This document shows, piece after piece, positions 8,371 to 17,370 of a DNA stretch of 24,030 nucleotides. The stretch lies in assembly GCA_036170655.1 (NCBI GenBank), contig JAVHPP010000115.1:11655-35684 (forward strand), given 5' to 3'. Each line of letters begins with the position of its first letter. The stretch's first letter is position 1. The position numbers were made by a program, and so were the translations under genes. The DNA comes from Candidatus Zixiibacteriota bacterium. Lineage in GTDB: Bacteria > Zixibacteria > MSB-5A5 > WJJR01. Below the pieces are notes generated by a model. The model had not been told where the DNA came from and ran no database searches. It saw nothing but the letters and a program-made list of their open reading frames with translations.

Positions 8371-8871
8371 ATGCACTGCCCAGAGCCATTCGATCGGGAA
8401 CGCGCCGAGTATTTCATGCGCCAGGCCATCGCCGAGGCGGAACAGGCCTTCGAAGAAGGGGAAGTGCCGGTTGGCGCTGTCGTGGTCAAAGGGGAGCGTG
8501 TCGTCGGGCGTGGGCATAATCAGGTGGAACGGCTGGGAGACCCGACCGCCCATGCCGAAATTGTGGCGATCGGCGCGGCCGCGGCCCATTTCGACTCGTG
8601 GCGGCTGGTGGGCGGGACTCTTTACTCCACGATCGAACCATGTATCATGTGTGCCGGGGCGACCGTACTGGCGCGCCTAGACCGGCTGGTGTATGGCGCT
8701 CCTGATCCCAAATTCGGCGGATGTGTGTCCGTCGCCGCCATTCCCGCCGATCAACACCTGAATCACCGGGTCGAAATCTGTGCGGGTGTCTTGGATGAGC
8801 AGGCGGCCATGTTGATGCGCGATTTTTTTGCCCGGAGACGGCTGGAAAAACCGCTGCCGTTCTCAGAGTGA
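8371..8871 (+). CDS. tadA: tRNA adenosine(34) deaminase
   Basis: YFMRQAI.EA..AFEEGEVPVGAVVV, HNQVE..GDPTAHAEI, LYSTIEPCIMCAGA, RLVYGAPDPKFGG, LNHRVEI, MRDFFARRR. The start is uncertain (ATG 8323 or 8371); the ORF-track start at 8257 lies inside the tRNA. Confidence 0.93.
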   Translation: MHCPEPFDRERAEYFMRQAIAEAEQAFEEGEVPVGAVVVKGERVVGRGHNQVERLGDPTAHAEIVAIGAAAAHFDSWRLVGGTLYSTIEPCIMCAGATVLARLDRLVYGAPDPKFGGCVSVAAIPADQHLNHRVEICAGVLDEQAAMLMRDFFARRRLEKPLPFSE

Positions 8872-8958
8872 CTAAGAACCATTGGGCGCTTGGCTGACGC
8901 GCAATGGGAGCGCTTAACTCGACGGAGCCCAGGCCCGCCAGTATCATCTTGAACCAGT

Positions 8959-9432
8959 ATGATCGTTGACATTGAGTATCTTACCGGCAAAGCGGCCCGC
9001 CTGGGGCTTATGGTCAACGTAGGCGTGCCGGCCATTGTTGTCATCACGGCGATCATACTCCGGCAGGGAGGGGCTATCCCAAGCAACGGCAATCCCCCGG
9101 AGTGGCTTCCCCTTCTCTTTTATGTTATGGGGGCTGTTGCGGTCGCGGATCTGGCCGTGGCATACTTCGTACGTCGATTTCTGTTTTCCTCCAGCCGCTT
9201 GACGGTGGCACGCGAGAACCCCGCTCAGCTGGAGGAATTGGTCAGCCGTTCGTTGTTGATCGTCTTTGCCTTGGGAGCGTCGCCGATGGTTTTTGGCGTT
9301 GTTGTCTACCTTTTTGGGGGCGACCTGCAACAGTTGGCGTTTTTTGGTATCCTGACTCTCTTGGGGTACCGGTTCCTGCGTCCCACAGCCGGTTTTCTGC
9401 AGGGGGCGCTGGGAATGACAGAATCTCAGTGA
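8959..9432 (+). CDS. Hypothetical membrane protein (about 4 TM helices)
   Basis: 157-aa ORF with four hydrophobic segments, the last followed by ..FLRPT; fits the + strand gene tiling between tadA and the lipoprotein gene. Confidence 0.75.
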   Translation: MIVDIEYLTGKAARLGLMVNVGVPAIVVITAIILRQGGAIPSNGNPPEWLPLLFYVMGAVAVADLAVAYFVRRFLFSSSRLTVARENPAQLEELVSRSLLIVFALGASPMVFGVVVYLFGGDLQQLAFFGILTLLGYRFLRPTAGFLQGALGMTESQ

Positions 9433-9442
9433 GGAGCAATTC

Positions 9443-10141
9443 GTGAAAAAGCGCTGTTCCCGCATGTGTCTGCTGTCGGCGGTTCTTGGGCTGGTGACCG
9501 GAGCGATTCTGCTCTCGGGTTGCGGGAAATCGACCCCCATGCAGGTGTTGCAGAATCGGTACAAGCTCAGCGACGCGGAAGCAGCCCAGTGGGGACGTCT
9601 GCATGTCGATGAGGCAGAATCACTCTCGGTACGGATATGGGGCCACATCGGACGGGGGGAATTCGACCAGGCCAGGCTGATGATCAAGCGGTTTGATGAT
9701 TACCACTTGGATGCGGTGTTTGACAACCGCATCAAGGAGTTGTGGGCGAATGTCATCACCCGTCCCGCGGCCGAATTTCTCAAGGAACCACAACTTCAGC
9801 TTCTGGGAGAAGGAAAGACGGTTGGCTTCACAACTTGGGGCGAATTGCTGAGCAGCGGGTTTGAGCGTGCGGTTCTCGCCAACGATAGCATCACCGTCTA
9901 CTTTGTATTTAAAGGGTACTGGCAGGCGCATGCGATGCCGGTGTATGCGGCCGTCGCCTGCGGCGATTTTGGGACCGAAGAGCCTCAATGGCGCCCCCTC
10001 GCTCATCTGGTCTTCTCGCTGGATGCCGCCGAGGAGACCGTCAAAACCTTCGGCAAAGCCCAGTATGCACGGAACATCGACGAGTTTGTGACCTACCTCC
10101 GCACTCGGACCTTTGGGTCTTTGAAGACCGAAAATCCCTGA
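9443..10141 (+). CDS. Hypothetical lipoprotein
   Basis: GAGGAG RBS before a GTG start; N-terminus MKKR + hydrophobic stretch + lipobox LSGC. Confidence 0.75.
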   Translation: MKKRCSRMCLLSAVLGLVTGAILLSGCGKSTPMQVLQNRYKLSDAEAAQWGRLHVDEAESLSVRIWGHIGRGEFDQARLMIKRFDDYHLDAVFDNRIKELWANVITRPAAEFLKEPQLQLLGEGKTVGFTTWGELLSSGFERAVLANDSITVYFVFKGYWQAHAMPVYAAVACGDFGTEEPQWRPLAHLVFSLDAAEETVKTFGKAQYARNIDEFVTYLRTRTFGSLKTENP

Positions 10142-10166
10142 CAACGGCCCACCGGCGGCATATATT
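10138..10166 (+). promoter_or_regulatory. Putative sigma70 stable-RNA promoter for tRNA-Ser
   Basis: CTGACA (10138-10143), 17-nt spacer, TATATT (10161-10166), then GC-rich discriminator CGCCCTC immediately before the tRNA. Confidence 0.6.
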
Positions 10167-10173
10167 CGCCCTC

Positions 10174-10260
10174 GGAGAGGTGCCAGAGCGGTTGATCGGG
10201 ACGGTCTCGAAAACCGTTGACCTTTCACGAGGTCCGGGGGTTCAAATCCCCCCCTCTCCG
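10174..10260 (+). tRNA. tRNA-Ser (anticodon CGA)
   Basis: Acceptor stem GGAGAGG/CCTCTCC with G discriminator; anticodon arm ACGGT-CTCGAAA-ACCGT; long variable arm GACCT-TTCACG-AGGTC; T-arm GGGGG-TTCAAAT-CCCCC; CCA not encoded. Confidence 0.96.
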
Positions 10261-10330
10261 CATTGTGGAGAGGGCCTGTTGCGATCCGTAACAGACGGGA
10301 ATCGGGATGTCTCGGCATGTCCGGTGTTGG

Positions 10331-10372
10331 ACTTGATTTTGAATGTCAAGTTTGGCATGATTGTATAACTTG
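10331..10372 (+). promoter_or_regulatory. AT-rich putative T6SS promoter/operator region with palindrome
   Basis: ACTTGA-N9-TCAAGT (10331-10351), TATAAC (10364-10369) and a third ACTTG (10368-10372), about 75 nt upstream of the first T6SS gene. Confidence 0.45.
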
Positions 10373-10445
10373 CCCGGGACCGTACGCGACTCTTGGGCGC
10401 AGCGGGTTTGGACGGCCGACACGGGCATAGGAACAAGGGAACCCG

Positions 10446-11210
10446 ATGGACGATGCAATGGCCAGCAGGGATGGGGAATTCGCACGTTTGCAGGAAGAGA
10501 ATGCGCGGCTCCGCCGCCAATTGGAGTTGAGCCGGACTGCGTACGACTACCTTGTTCGTCTGGCACACCACTTCTCCGGCGAAGAGGCGCCTCTCGACAG
10601 TCCTGAGCAGATACGGGCTTTCTGCGAACGGATCAAGCGGTCGGTGGGAATCCTCGTCCAGGAGTTCAGGGAGTTGCTGTCGGGGCGCCGCCGTTTCCAG
10701 CTGGATTACGCATTGCGCTCGGGCTCCCAAGCAGCGGATGGAGGCGCCAAGACACAGGTGTTCCGGCTCGGCGATCTGCATGGGGATCTGGGACGTTTCC
10801 TTTTTGACTGGAAGAATACCTCTATCGACGATGCCTCATTCAATGAACTCAAAGAAGCCATTGATGAGTTGAAGTATCACCAGTTGGCCATCTTGAAGGG
10901 GTATGAGCACTGTATCAAGGATGGGACTCTGGAGGTGATCAAACCCCTCTCTCCGGACGTGATTCGCGCCGACATGTCCGCGCGGAATGGGGCTGGAATT
11001 GTCGCCCTGCTCAGAAAACTCAACCCGTTCCAAAAAATGGCCTTGTGGCACGAGTACGAAAAACGCTATCAAGAGTTGCTTGCCGAAGATGCGGGACGTC
11101 TGGAAGCCAAGGTGCGTCCGGTGTTTCGGCAGGGTTACCGTGAAGTGATGCGGTCCAGAACAGGGTCTCGCCAGGCGGGACCACCGTCGGCCGGGGAGGG
11201 TGTTGAATGA
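10446..11210 (+). CDS. T6SS-associated TagH/Fha C-terminal domain protein lacking an FHA domain
   Basis: C-terminal half ELKEAIDELKYHQLAILKGY..IKPLSPDVI...ALWHEYEKRYQELLAED...FRQGY resembles the TagH C-terminal pattern (DL..HQ.A..AG...LW..Y...Y...F..AY). The N-terminus is coiled-coil-like. It lies directly upstream of tssJ with an ATGA overlap. Confidence 0.75.
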   Translation: MDDAMASRDGEFARLQEENARLRRQLELSRTAYDYLVRLAHHFSGEEAPLDSPEQIRAFCERIKRSVGILVQEFRELLSGRRRFQLDYALRSGSQAADGGAKTQVFRLGDLHGDLGRFLFDWKNTSIDDASFNELKEAIDELKYHQLAILKGYEHCIKDGTLEVIKPLSPDVIRADMSARNGAGIVALLRKLNPFQKMALWHEYEKRYQELLAEDAGRLEAKVRPVFRQGYREVMRSRTGSRQAGPPSAGEGVE

Positions 11211-11758
11211 TTGCGAGAGTCGGATCAGGGTTGCAATGGTGCTGGTCGGGAATGCATCGGCGCGGGTTTTCCCTCGTGGTGATTTGGTTTCTGGCGGCTA
11301 CTGCCTTGAATGGCTGTGGCTGGATCTTCGGCAAGCAGGCCAAGCCGATGCGTGTAGAGGTTGTGCTGTCAGGTACGTCGGAAATGAACTTTGACGGGAA
11401 GAGCGCGCAGTCGGTGCAGGTCAAAGTGTTTCTCCTGCGCAACAGTGCCCGTTTTATGGGTGCCGATGTACGGGCCTTCTTCAACCCCACCTTTGACCAG
11501 GGGTTTGGTCCGGTTTTTGCCAAAGACACGCTGGCGACAGCCAGTGTCAGTCTGGCGCCCCAAGAAACCACTTCAGTCGTGCTCGAGGTTCCCTTCGCCA
11601 AGGTCCAGAAGGATAAGCCAGTGCTCTGCGTCATAGCAGATTTTTACCGGCCGCCGACGGAGAAAAGAGAACGGCTGAGTATTCCTGTGAAAAAGAAGAC
11701 CTACCAAAAGGTCAAGTTGGAAGTCGGCAAGGACTGGATCAAGAAGCCCAAGAAATAG
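11207..11758 (+). CDS. tssJ: T6SS outer-membrane lipoprotein TssJ
   Basis: Lipobox LNGC; MNFDGKSAQSVQVKVFLLRNSARF..AD, LAPQET and VIADFYRP match TssJ/SciN; located before tssK. Alternative start ATG 11252. Confidence 0.85.
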   Translation: MIARVGSGLQWCWSGMHRRGFSLVVIWFLAATALNGCGWIFGKQAKPMRVEVVLSGTSEMNFDGKSAQSVQVKVFLLRNSARFMGADVRAFFNPTFDQGFGPVFAKDTLATASVSLAPQETTSVVLEVPFAKVQKDKPVLCVIADFYRPPTEKRERLSIPVKKKTYQKVKLEVGKDWIKKPKK

Positions 11759-11797
11759 GTCCGGTTCCGCGAGTGTGTGGAAGGGGACATAAGCCGG

Positions 11798-13156
11798 ATG
11801 GCTCAATATCACAAGATCTTGTGGAGCGAGGGTCTTTTCCTGACTCAGCACCACTTCCAGCAGTCCGACGCCTTTCACGAGCGTGACCGCTGGTTCCAGA
11901 TTCGCTCGCTGGTTCCCTTTGCTTGGGGCGCAGCACGCCTGCTCATCGACAGTGAGGCGGTGGCCAATCGGCTGTTCTCGCTGACCGAGTTTGAAGGTGT
12001 TCTGCCGGACGGCACCACCGTGAGAGCCCCCGCCGTCGATGATCCTCCGGCGTCGCGTTCCTTTGAACAGTTCTTCGCCCCCACCGAGAAAACACTATCG
12101 GTCTACTTGGGATTGCCCCGTCTGCGGGCCGGCGTACCGGGTGTGCGAATGGAAGAGGCCGAGTCGCGCACGCCGACGCGGTTTCTGCGCGCCTTCACGA
12201 ATGTTCCTGATGAAGTCACCGGGGAAAACGAACGCGAGATTCCCTACGCCAAGAAGCGGCTCGTCCTCCTGTTTTCGGGCGAGGAGATCGACGGTTTTGA
12301 CTGTATTAAGGTTGCGGAGATCGAACGTAATGCGGAGGGAGTCGCGCAACTGCGCGATACATTTGTTCCGCCATTATTGGCGGTCAGTGCGTCGCCCTGG
12401 CTGACCAGTCAGCTCCGCGGGTTGCTGGAGACGGCATCGGCTAAGTCTCAGGCCTTGGCGGACCAGGTTCGCCAACGCACACCCCTCCTGACTGAGTTCT
12501 CCACTTCCGACATGCCGAACTTCCTGAAGTTGCATACGATCAATGCCTACATTCCGTCGCTGGTGCACATGCACAGTTATCCGGAAAGTGTGCATCCGGT
12601 TCAGCTCTTTGACCTCTTGGCCCGCTATGCTGGGCATCTGTGCGCCTTCAAAATCGGGGAGCATCCTCGCGATCTGCCTGTTTATCGGCATGAGGATCTG
12701 GGTGGAGTGTTTGTGCCCCTGATCGCCAAGTTGCGGGCATTGCTGGAGGCCACGGTCGAGGCTCACTATGTGAAGATTCCGCTGCGCCGTCTCGATGCGG
12801 CCCGTTTCGATGGCGACATCAGCGATGCGGCGCTTTTTACCAACTCCGAGTTCTATTTGGGTGTCACCGCCGACATTGCCGAGAGCAAGATTGCAACCGA
12901 GTTTTCCCGGCAGGCGAAGATCGTTTCACCGGAAAAAATCAGCCTGCTGATCGGCAACGCGATTCCCGGGGTCACGCTGGTTTTCGTTCAGTTGCCTCCG
13001 GCTGCGATTCCCCGCAAGGCTGGTATGGTCTATTTTCGGATGGATCCACGGGGTGACCGCTGGGAGTACATCAAACGCGCCGGTCAGATTGCCATTTACG
13101 TTCCTCCTCAGGAGTTTCCGGGGCTGGACATCGAATGTCTGGCCGTCCAGAAGTGA
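11798..13156 (+). CDS. tssK: T6SS baseplate subunit TssK
   Basis: KILWSEGLFLTQHHFQQ, AWG..L.ID, GVLPDGT, FVPPLL, VHPVQLF..L, YRHEDL, AIPGVTL, PAAIP...YFRMD; RBS AAGGGGA before ATG 11798. Confidence 0.95.
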   Translation: MAQYHKILWSEGLFLTQHHFQQSDAFHERDRWFQIRSLVPFAWGAARLLIDSEAVANRLFSLTEFEGVLPDGTTVRAPAVDDPPASRSFEQFFAPTEKTLSVYLGLPRLRAGVPGVRMEEAESRTPTRFLRAFTNVPDEVTGENEREIPYAKKRLVLLFSGEEIDGFDCIKVAEIERNAEGVAQLRDTFVPPLLAVSASPWLTSQLRGLLETASAKSQALADQVRQRTPLLTEFSTSDMPNFLKLHTINAYIPSLVHMHSYPESVHPVQLFDLLARYAGHLCAFKIGEHPRDLPVYRHEDLGGVFVPLIAKLRALLEATVEAHYVKIPLRRLDAARFDGDISDAALFTNSEFYLGVTADIAESKIATEFSRQAKIVSPEKISLLIGNAIPGVTLVFVQLPPAAIPRKAGMVYFRMDPRGDRWEYIKRAGQIAIYVPPQEFPGLDIECLAVQK

Positions 13157-13197
13157 GGAGTGTTGTTGCCAAATCGTTGCATACCGGAGGCTGACGT

Positions 13198-13890
13198 ATG
13201 GTCGTGAAGGAACCGCCAGATCAAGCGCCGATGTCTCTGTTGCAGGTCTGCGAACGTGCGTTTTCGCTGATTCTGACGCTGATTCAAGGACGCGATTTCG
13301 GGGATGTCCAGCAGTTGCGCGCCAATGTCAGTACCCTGTTTGCCGCGATCGAGCGCGACGCCCGGAATGCCGGGGTGCCCGGCGAGGATGTTCAGGCGGC
13401 ACGGTTCGCGCTGACCGCCTTCATTGACGAGAGCATCGCACGTTCAGACTGGTTTGGCAAGCGCGACTGGGCCTTGCGACCCCTGGCGCTCGAGTCCTTC
13501 GGTACTAACAATGCCGGCGACGAGTTCTTCGACAAGCTGGATGAGCTCCGGCTCCAGGTGGCATCGCGCCCCGATGTTGTCGAGATCTATTATCTCTGCC
13601 TGGCCTTGGGCTTTGAAGGGAAGTCTGCCCTCGGCGACCCGCGCCAGTTGCACGCACTGGTTGAGTCGGTGGGCCGGGACCTGGAGCGAATCAAGGGGAA
13701 GACGGTCAAACTGTCCCCTCACTGGGAACCGCCGGAGCAACTGATGGAACGCGTCCGCCAGGAGCTGCCCATGTGGGCTGTGACCTTGGGATGCATCGCG
13801 ATTCTGTTTGTTGCCTTTGTGGCTTTCAATTTCCTGAGCCATTCTCACGCCGGGGATGTGGCCCAGCGTTTGAGGGGGCTGCTTTATTAG
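13198..13890 (+). CDS. tssL: T6SS inner-membrane protein TssL (DotU/IcmH family, no OmpA domain)
   Basis: ARFALTAFIDE, W..RPL..ESFGTNNAGDEFFDKL, VEIYYLCLALGFEGK, C-terminal TM helix; GGAGG RBS. Confidence 0.95.
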   Translation: MVVKEPPDQAPMSLLQVCERAFSLILTLIQGRDFGDVQQLRANVSTLFAAIERDARNAGVPGEDVQAARFALTAFIDESIARSDWFGKRDWALRPLALESFGTNNAGDEFFDKLDELRLQVASRPDVVEIYYLCLALGFEGKSALGDPRQLHALVESVGRDLERIKGKTVKLSPHWEPPEQLMERVRQELPMWAVTLGCIAILFVAFVAFNFLSHSHAGDVAQRLRGLLY

Positions 13891-13965
13891 GCATTTCGTT
13901 CGCTTGCCGGTGCGGCGAGACTTTGGTACGCGCGCGGACGCGCATTACAGAGGATACGGAATCTG

Positions 13966-16900
13966 ATGTTCAGCGCCATCCTTCCACTCCTGAAATCGAA
14001 ACTGGCCGCCCTGGGCGCCGTGCTCGTGATTGCCCTGATTCTCGTGCTCTGGGGCCCGCGTGTTGTCGGGTATCGCCACCGTTGGTGGTGCTACATTGCG
14101 GCGGCGGTCCTCGTGATCGGGTTTCTCCTGTACCTTCTGATCAAGAAGATGCGCGCCCGCAAGAATGCGCGCATGCTGGAGAAGTTTCTCAACCAGCAGG
14201 CCGATGATCAGCTGCTCTCGGCGCGTCCGGATGTCCAAGATGAACTGGCCGCCATCAAGGAAAAGCTCAACCGCGCCTTACAGATCCTCAAGAAGTCGCG
14301 GATCGCGCGCGGACGGCGGGGTGCCGAGGCGCTTTACATCTTGCCCTGGTACATGATTATCGGTCCGTCCGCGTCGGGGAAGTCCACCGCTATCCGCAAT
14401 TCCGGTCTGCACTTCCCGCCCGTCGATCCGGACTCGGAAGACCCCGGCAAGGTCAAGGGCATGGGAGGGACACGCAACTGTGACTGGTGGTTCACCAATG
14501 AGGGAATCATCCTCGACACGGCCGGTCGCTACACACTGTCGCCCAATGTTCAGGAAGACCGGGAAGAGTGGTCGAACTTCCTGAAGATGCTCAGAAAGGT
14601 GCGGCCCCGTGCGCCGATCAATGGACTGATTTTGGCGCTCTCGGTCGACGAGTTGCTGCATCATGACGCCGAGGGACTTGAGGGCCATGCGCGCGCCATG
14701 CGCAGCCGCATTGACGAGTTAATCGTCAAGTTGGAGGTCCTGTTCCCGATCTACGTCGTTTTCACGAAGTGCGATCTCATCTCTGGATTTGTGGAGTTCT
14801 TTGGCGATTTCAGCCGGGGAGAGCGTGATCAGGTCTGGGGGTTTACGCGGAAGTACGAACCAGCGCGCCATCCTCTCAAAGAAGAGTTCGCGCGGGAGTT
14901 TGCCCTGTTGGTGACCGCGCTCGAACGTCGGCGGACTCATCAACTCGCCGCCGACATTCGCCCTGTACAGAAGCAGGGAACCTTTGTCTTCCCCGTCGAG
15001 TTTGCCGCGGCGGGCCAAAAGCTGACCGCATTCATTGAGACTCTCTTTCAGCCCAATCCCTATCAGCAGAACCCCCTGGTACGGGGTTTCTACTTCACCA
15101 GTGGCACTCAGGAGGGGACTCCGATCGCGCAGGTCATGGAGGCGATGCAGAAGGATTTTGGCCTGATGGCGAATTCGCTCGCTGACGGAGAATCTTCGCG
15201 GGAGACGAAGGCCTACTTCATTAGGGATTTCTTCCAGGAAGTTGTTCTGCCGGACGAAGCAAAAGTGCTTCCCACGTCACAAGCCGCGCGGCGTCGTTCC
15301 CTGATGCGCGCCGTGGCCATGGCCGGGCAGGCTCTCGTGACGGCTGCTGTTATCTTCGCCTTGGGAACCTCTTATGTGAATAACGGATCGCACAACGACA
15401 GTCTTGAGCGGATGACACGACGCGTAGTTCAGGCTGCGAGCAGCAAGTACGCCAAGCCGAATGAATTGCTCGACACACTGGAATTCCTCCGAGAGCGAAT
15501 CGATCAGTCCGAATCGAGCGTGCCACTTTCCCGTCGCTGGGGTCTGTACAGCGGCGATATTGTCATACGGGCCGCACTCGAAGCCTACTTCAAACGATAC
15601 CACGAGCTCCTTCTGGACCCGAGCGCCCGGGAACTCGCGTCGCAATTGCGAGTCCCGGTTCAGCAGACGAACGATTCGGTGGTTGACGCATACGTGGACA
15701 AGTTCACGGCGTACCGCATGCTCACGATGCCCTACAGTGCTGTTCCCAAGTCTGTACCCACACTGAAGGATGCCATCGTTGCGTTGTGGCGCCCGCGATT
15801 ATCGCCTGATTCGCTGACCCAGTTCGCTCAACTGACGGATACTCAGATCCGTTTCTATTGGCGCCACCGGCCGGACACAACCATCCAATGGCTCCGGGTC
15901 AAACCCGACGAAGCACTGATTGCATATGTCCAGGGGCAGTTAAAGAATGTCTGGACGGTCGGCCGGCTGTACCGTCAGACCATCAGTGAAATCAATGGTG
16001 AATTGGGTGAATTTACATACTTGGATGCAGCGACTGGAACCGCGCGACTCGAGGGTGGGTCGATTGGACGGGCCTTCATGCGCGATGGCTGGGAAAAGCA
16101 CGTGGCCCCGCGTATCAAGAAGATATGGAACGACATCCAGGCAGACCCGCAACTCAAGATTGCCTTCGCCAGTTTCACGGAGGAGGAAATCCGGCGCCAG
16201 TTGACTGAGATGTATGTGAGCGACTTTGTCGCGCAGTGGCGGCGGTTTATCACATCGGGGACCGTTGTGCCATTCCGGGGCTTAGAGGATGCCAAGGCCG
16301 CCCTTGATGAACTGTCGCAGAAGAACACACCCATGCTCACGGTCTTGATTAAGGTCTACGAGCAAAGCGAAATCACCGATCCCGACGACAAGCCATTCCA
16401 GAAGATCGATGAACAATTCCGTCCTCTGGGCCGGTTCCTCGGCTATCACCTCGATGCAGGAGATAAGGCCTCGAAAGAAACTTACTTGGAACTGTTCAGC
16501 ACGATTCCTGACAAGGTCAATGGGATCAAGGACAAGCTCGCCGGCGAGGCGCGTTGCGCCCAGGCCCTCCGGTCATTTTTCGGAGACCTCGACTCGCCGG
16601 AGTCGAAGACGCGGCGGCTTCTCCAGGGGTCAGACCTCGCGCGGGTGGCGGTGGATTTTCTGGTTAAGCCATTACAGGCTGCCAAAGGGGCCGCCTACGG
16701 CGATGCCTGCAATTGCCTTGATCACCAATGGCAAGCGCAGGTCCTGGGTCAATTCAATACGCAACTGGCAACGCTGTATCCATTTACACGGTCCAGTGAG
16801 AGCGAAGCGCCTGTGGCCTCGGTGGAGAGCTTTTTCAACAACACGATGAAGAATTTCATCGACCAGGAGGTTGACCCCGCGATTCAACTCGGACTCCCTG

Positions 16901-17370
16901 TTTCGGGTGCCTTTCAGGCCGGTATCAATGCCGCTAAGTCTATCCAGCCGATTCTGGCGCGTGGCGCGAGCAAGTTGCGTTTCTCCCTGACGGCGAGCGC
17001 CGAGGGTATGACCGGCGTCAGGAACATGGAGTTCCGCTATTCGAGTGACCAGGTGTTCAACTACGGCATGGGGGGCAGCCAGACGCGGGACTACAAGTGG
17101 CCGCAGGCGGGCAATGGTGATTGCGAATTGCGAGTCTTCGCCAACCAAGTGGGCGCTTATTGCCAGCCGCTCTCTTTCCAAGGGGAGTGGGGAGTCTTCC
17201 GTCTTTTTGATGCCGCGACGGAACGGACCGGCGGACGCATGGCATGGGATTTCCCCGCGAGCGATGGCCGGACTCTCAGGGCTAGGCTGGCGCTGAGTGG
17301 CGGCGATGCGGCCTTCATTCTCGACGGCCACTTTACTCGTTTCCAGTGCCCGCCTTCGGTATGTCATTAG
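13966..17370 (+). CDS. tssM: T6SS membrane subunit TssM (IcmF)
   Basis: Two N-terminal TM helices, LYILPWYMIIGPSASGKST (Walker A), GGTRNCDWWFT..GIILDTAGRY, PINGLIL, FPIYVVFTKCDLISGF, RGFYFTSGTQEG, YFIRDFF, GEWGVFRLF, terminal FQCP. Confidence 0.97.
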   Translation: MFSAILPLLKSKLAALGAVLVIALILVLWGPRVVGYRHRWWCYIAAAVLVIGFLLYLLIKKMRARKNARMLEKFLNQQADDQLLSARPDVQDELAAIKEKLNRALQILKKSRIARGRRGAEALYILPWYMIIGPSASGKSTAIRNSGLHFPPVDPDSEDPGKVKGMGGTRNCDWWFTNEGIILDTAGRYTLSPNVQEDREEWSNFLKMLRKVRPRAPINGLILALSVDELLHHDAEGLEGHARAMRSRIDELIVKLEVLFPIYVVFTKCDLISGFVEFFGDFSRGERDQVWGFTRKYEPARHPLKEEFAREFALLVTALERRRTHQLAADIRPVQKQGTFVFPVEFAAAGQKLTAFIETLFQPNPYQQNPLVRGFYFTSGTQEGTPIAQVMEAMQKDFGLMANSLADGESSRETKAYFIRDFFQEVVLPDEAKVLPTSQAARRRSLMRAVAMAGQALVTAAVIFALGTSYVNNGSHNDSLERMTRRVVQAASSKYAKPNELLDTLEFLRERIDQSESSVPLSRRWGLYSGDIVIRAALEAYFKRYHELLLDPSARELASQLRVPVQQTNDSVVDAYVDKFTAYRMLTMPYSAVPKSVPTLKDAIVALWRPRLSPDSLTQFAQLTDTQIRFYWRHRPDTTIQWLRVKPDEALIAYVQGQLKNVWTVGRLYRQTISEINGELGEFTYLDAATGTARLEGGSIGRAFMRDGWEKHVAPRIKKIWNDIQADPQLKIAFASFTEEEIRRQLTEMYVSDFVAQWRRFITSGTVVPFRGLEDAKAALDELSQKNTPMLTVLIKVYEQSEITDPDDKPFQKIDEQFRPLGRFLGYHLDAGDKASKETYLELFSTIPDKVNGIKDKLAGEARCAQALRSFFGDLDSPESKTRRLLQGSDLARVAVDFLVKPLQAAKGAAYGDACNCLDHQWQAQVLGQFNTQLATLYPFTRSSESEAPVASVESFFNNTMKNFIDQEVDPAIQLGLPVSGAFQAGINAAKSIQPILARGASKLRFSLTASAEGMTGVRNMEFRYSSDQVFNYGMGGSQTRDYKWPQAGNGDCELRVFANQVGAYCQPLSFQGEWGVFRLFDAATERTGGRMAWDFPASDGRTLRARLALSGGDAAFILDGHFTRFQCPPSVCH

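Noticed and set aside
8869..8910. TGA stop of tadA followed by a hairpin (CCATTG...CAATGG), considered as a selenocysteine SECIS
   Set aside because: TadA is already complete at that point, the TGA is not at a catalytic Cys position, and read-through would add only a short featureless tail.
10168..10275. Pairing of the tRNA-Ser leader GCCCTC with the trailer GAGGGC
   Set aside because: The predicted promoter puts the transcription start near 10173, so most of this leader would not be transcribed from it; the match is only 6 bp.
10352..10368. TTGGCA as a sigma54 -24 box for the T6SS operon
   Set aside because: There is no GC at the -12 position (GG-N10 is followed by TA).
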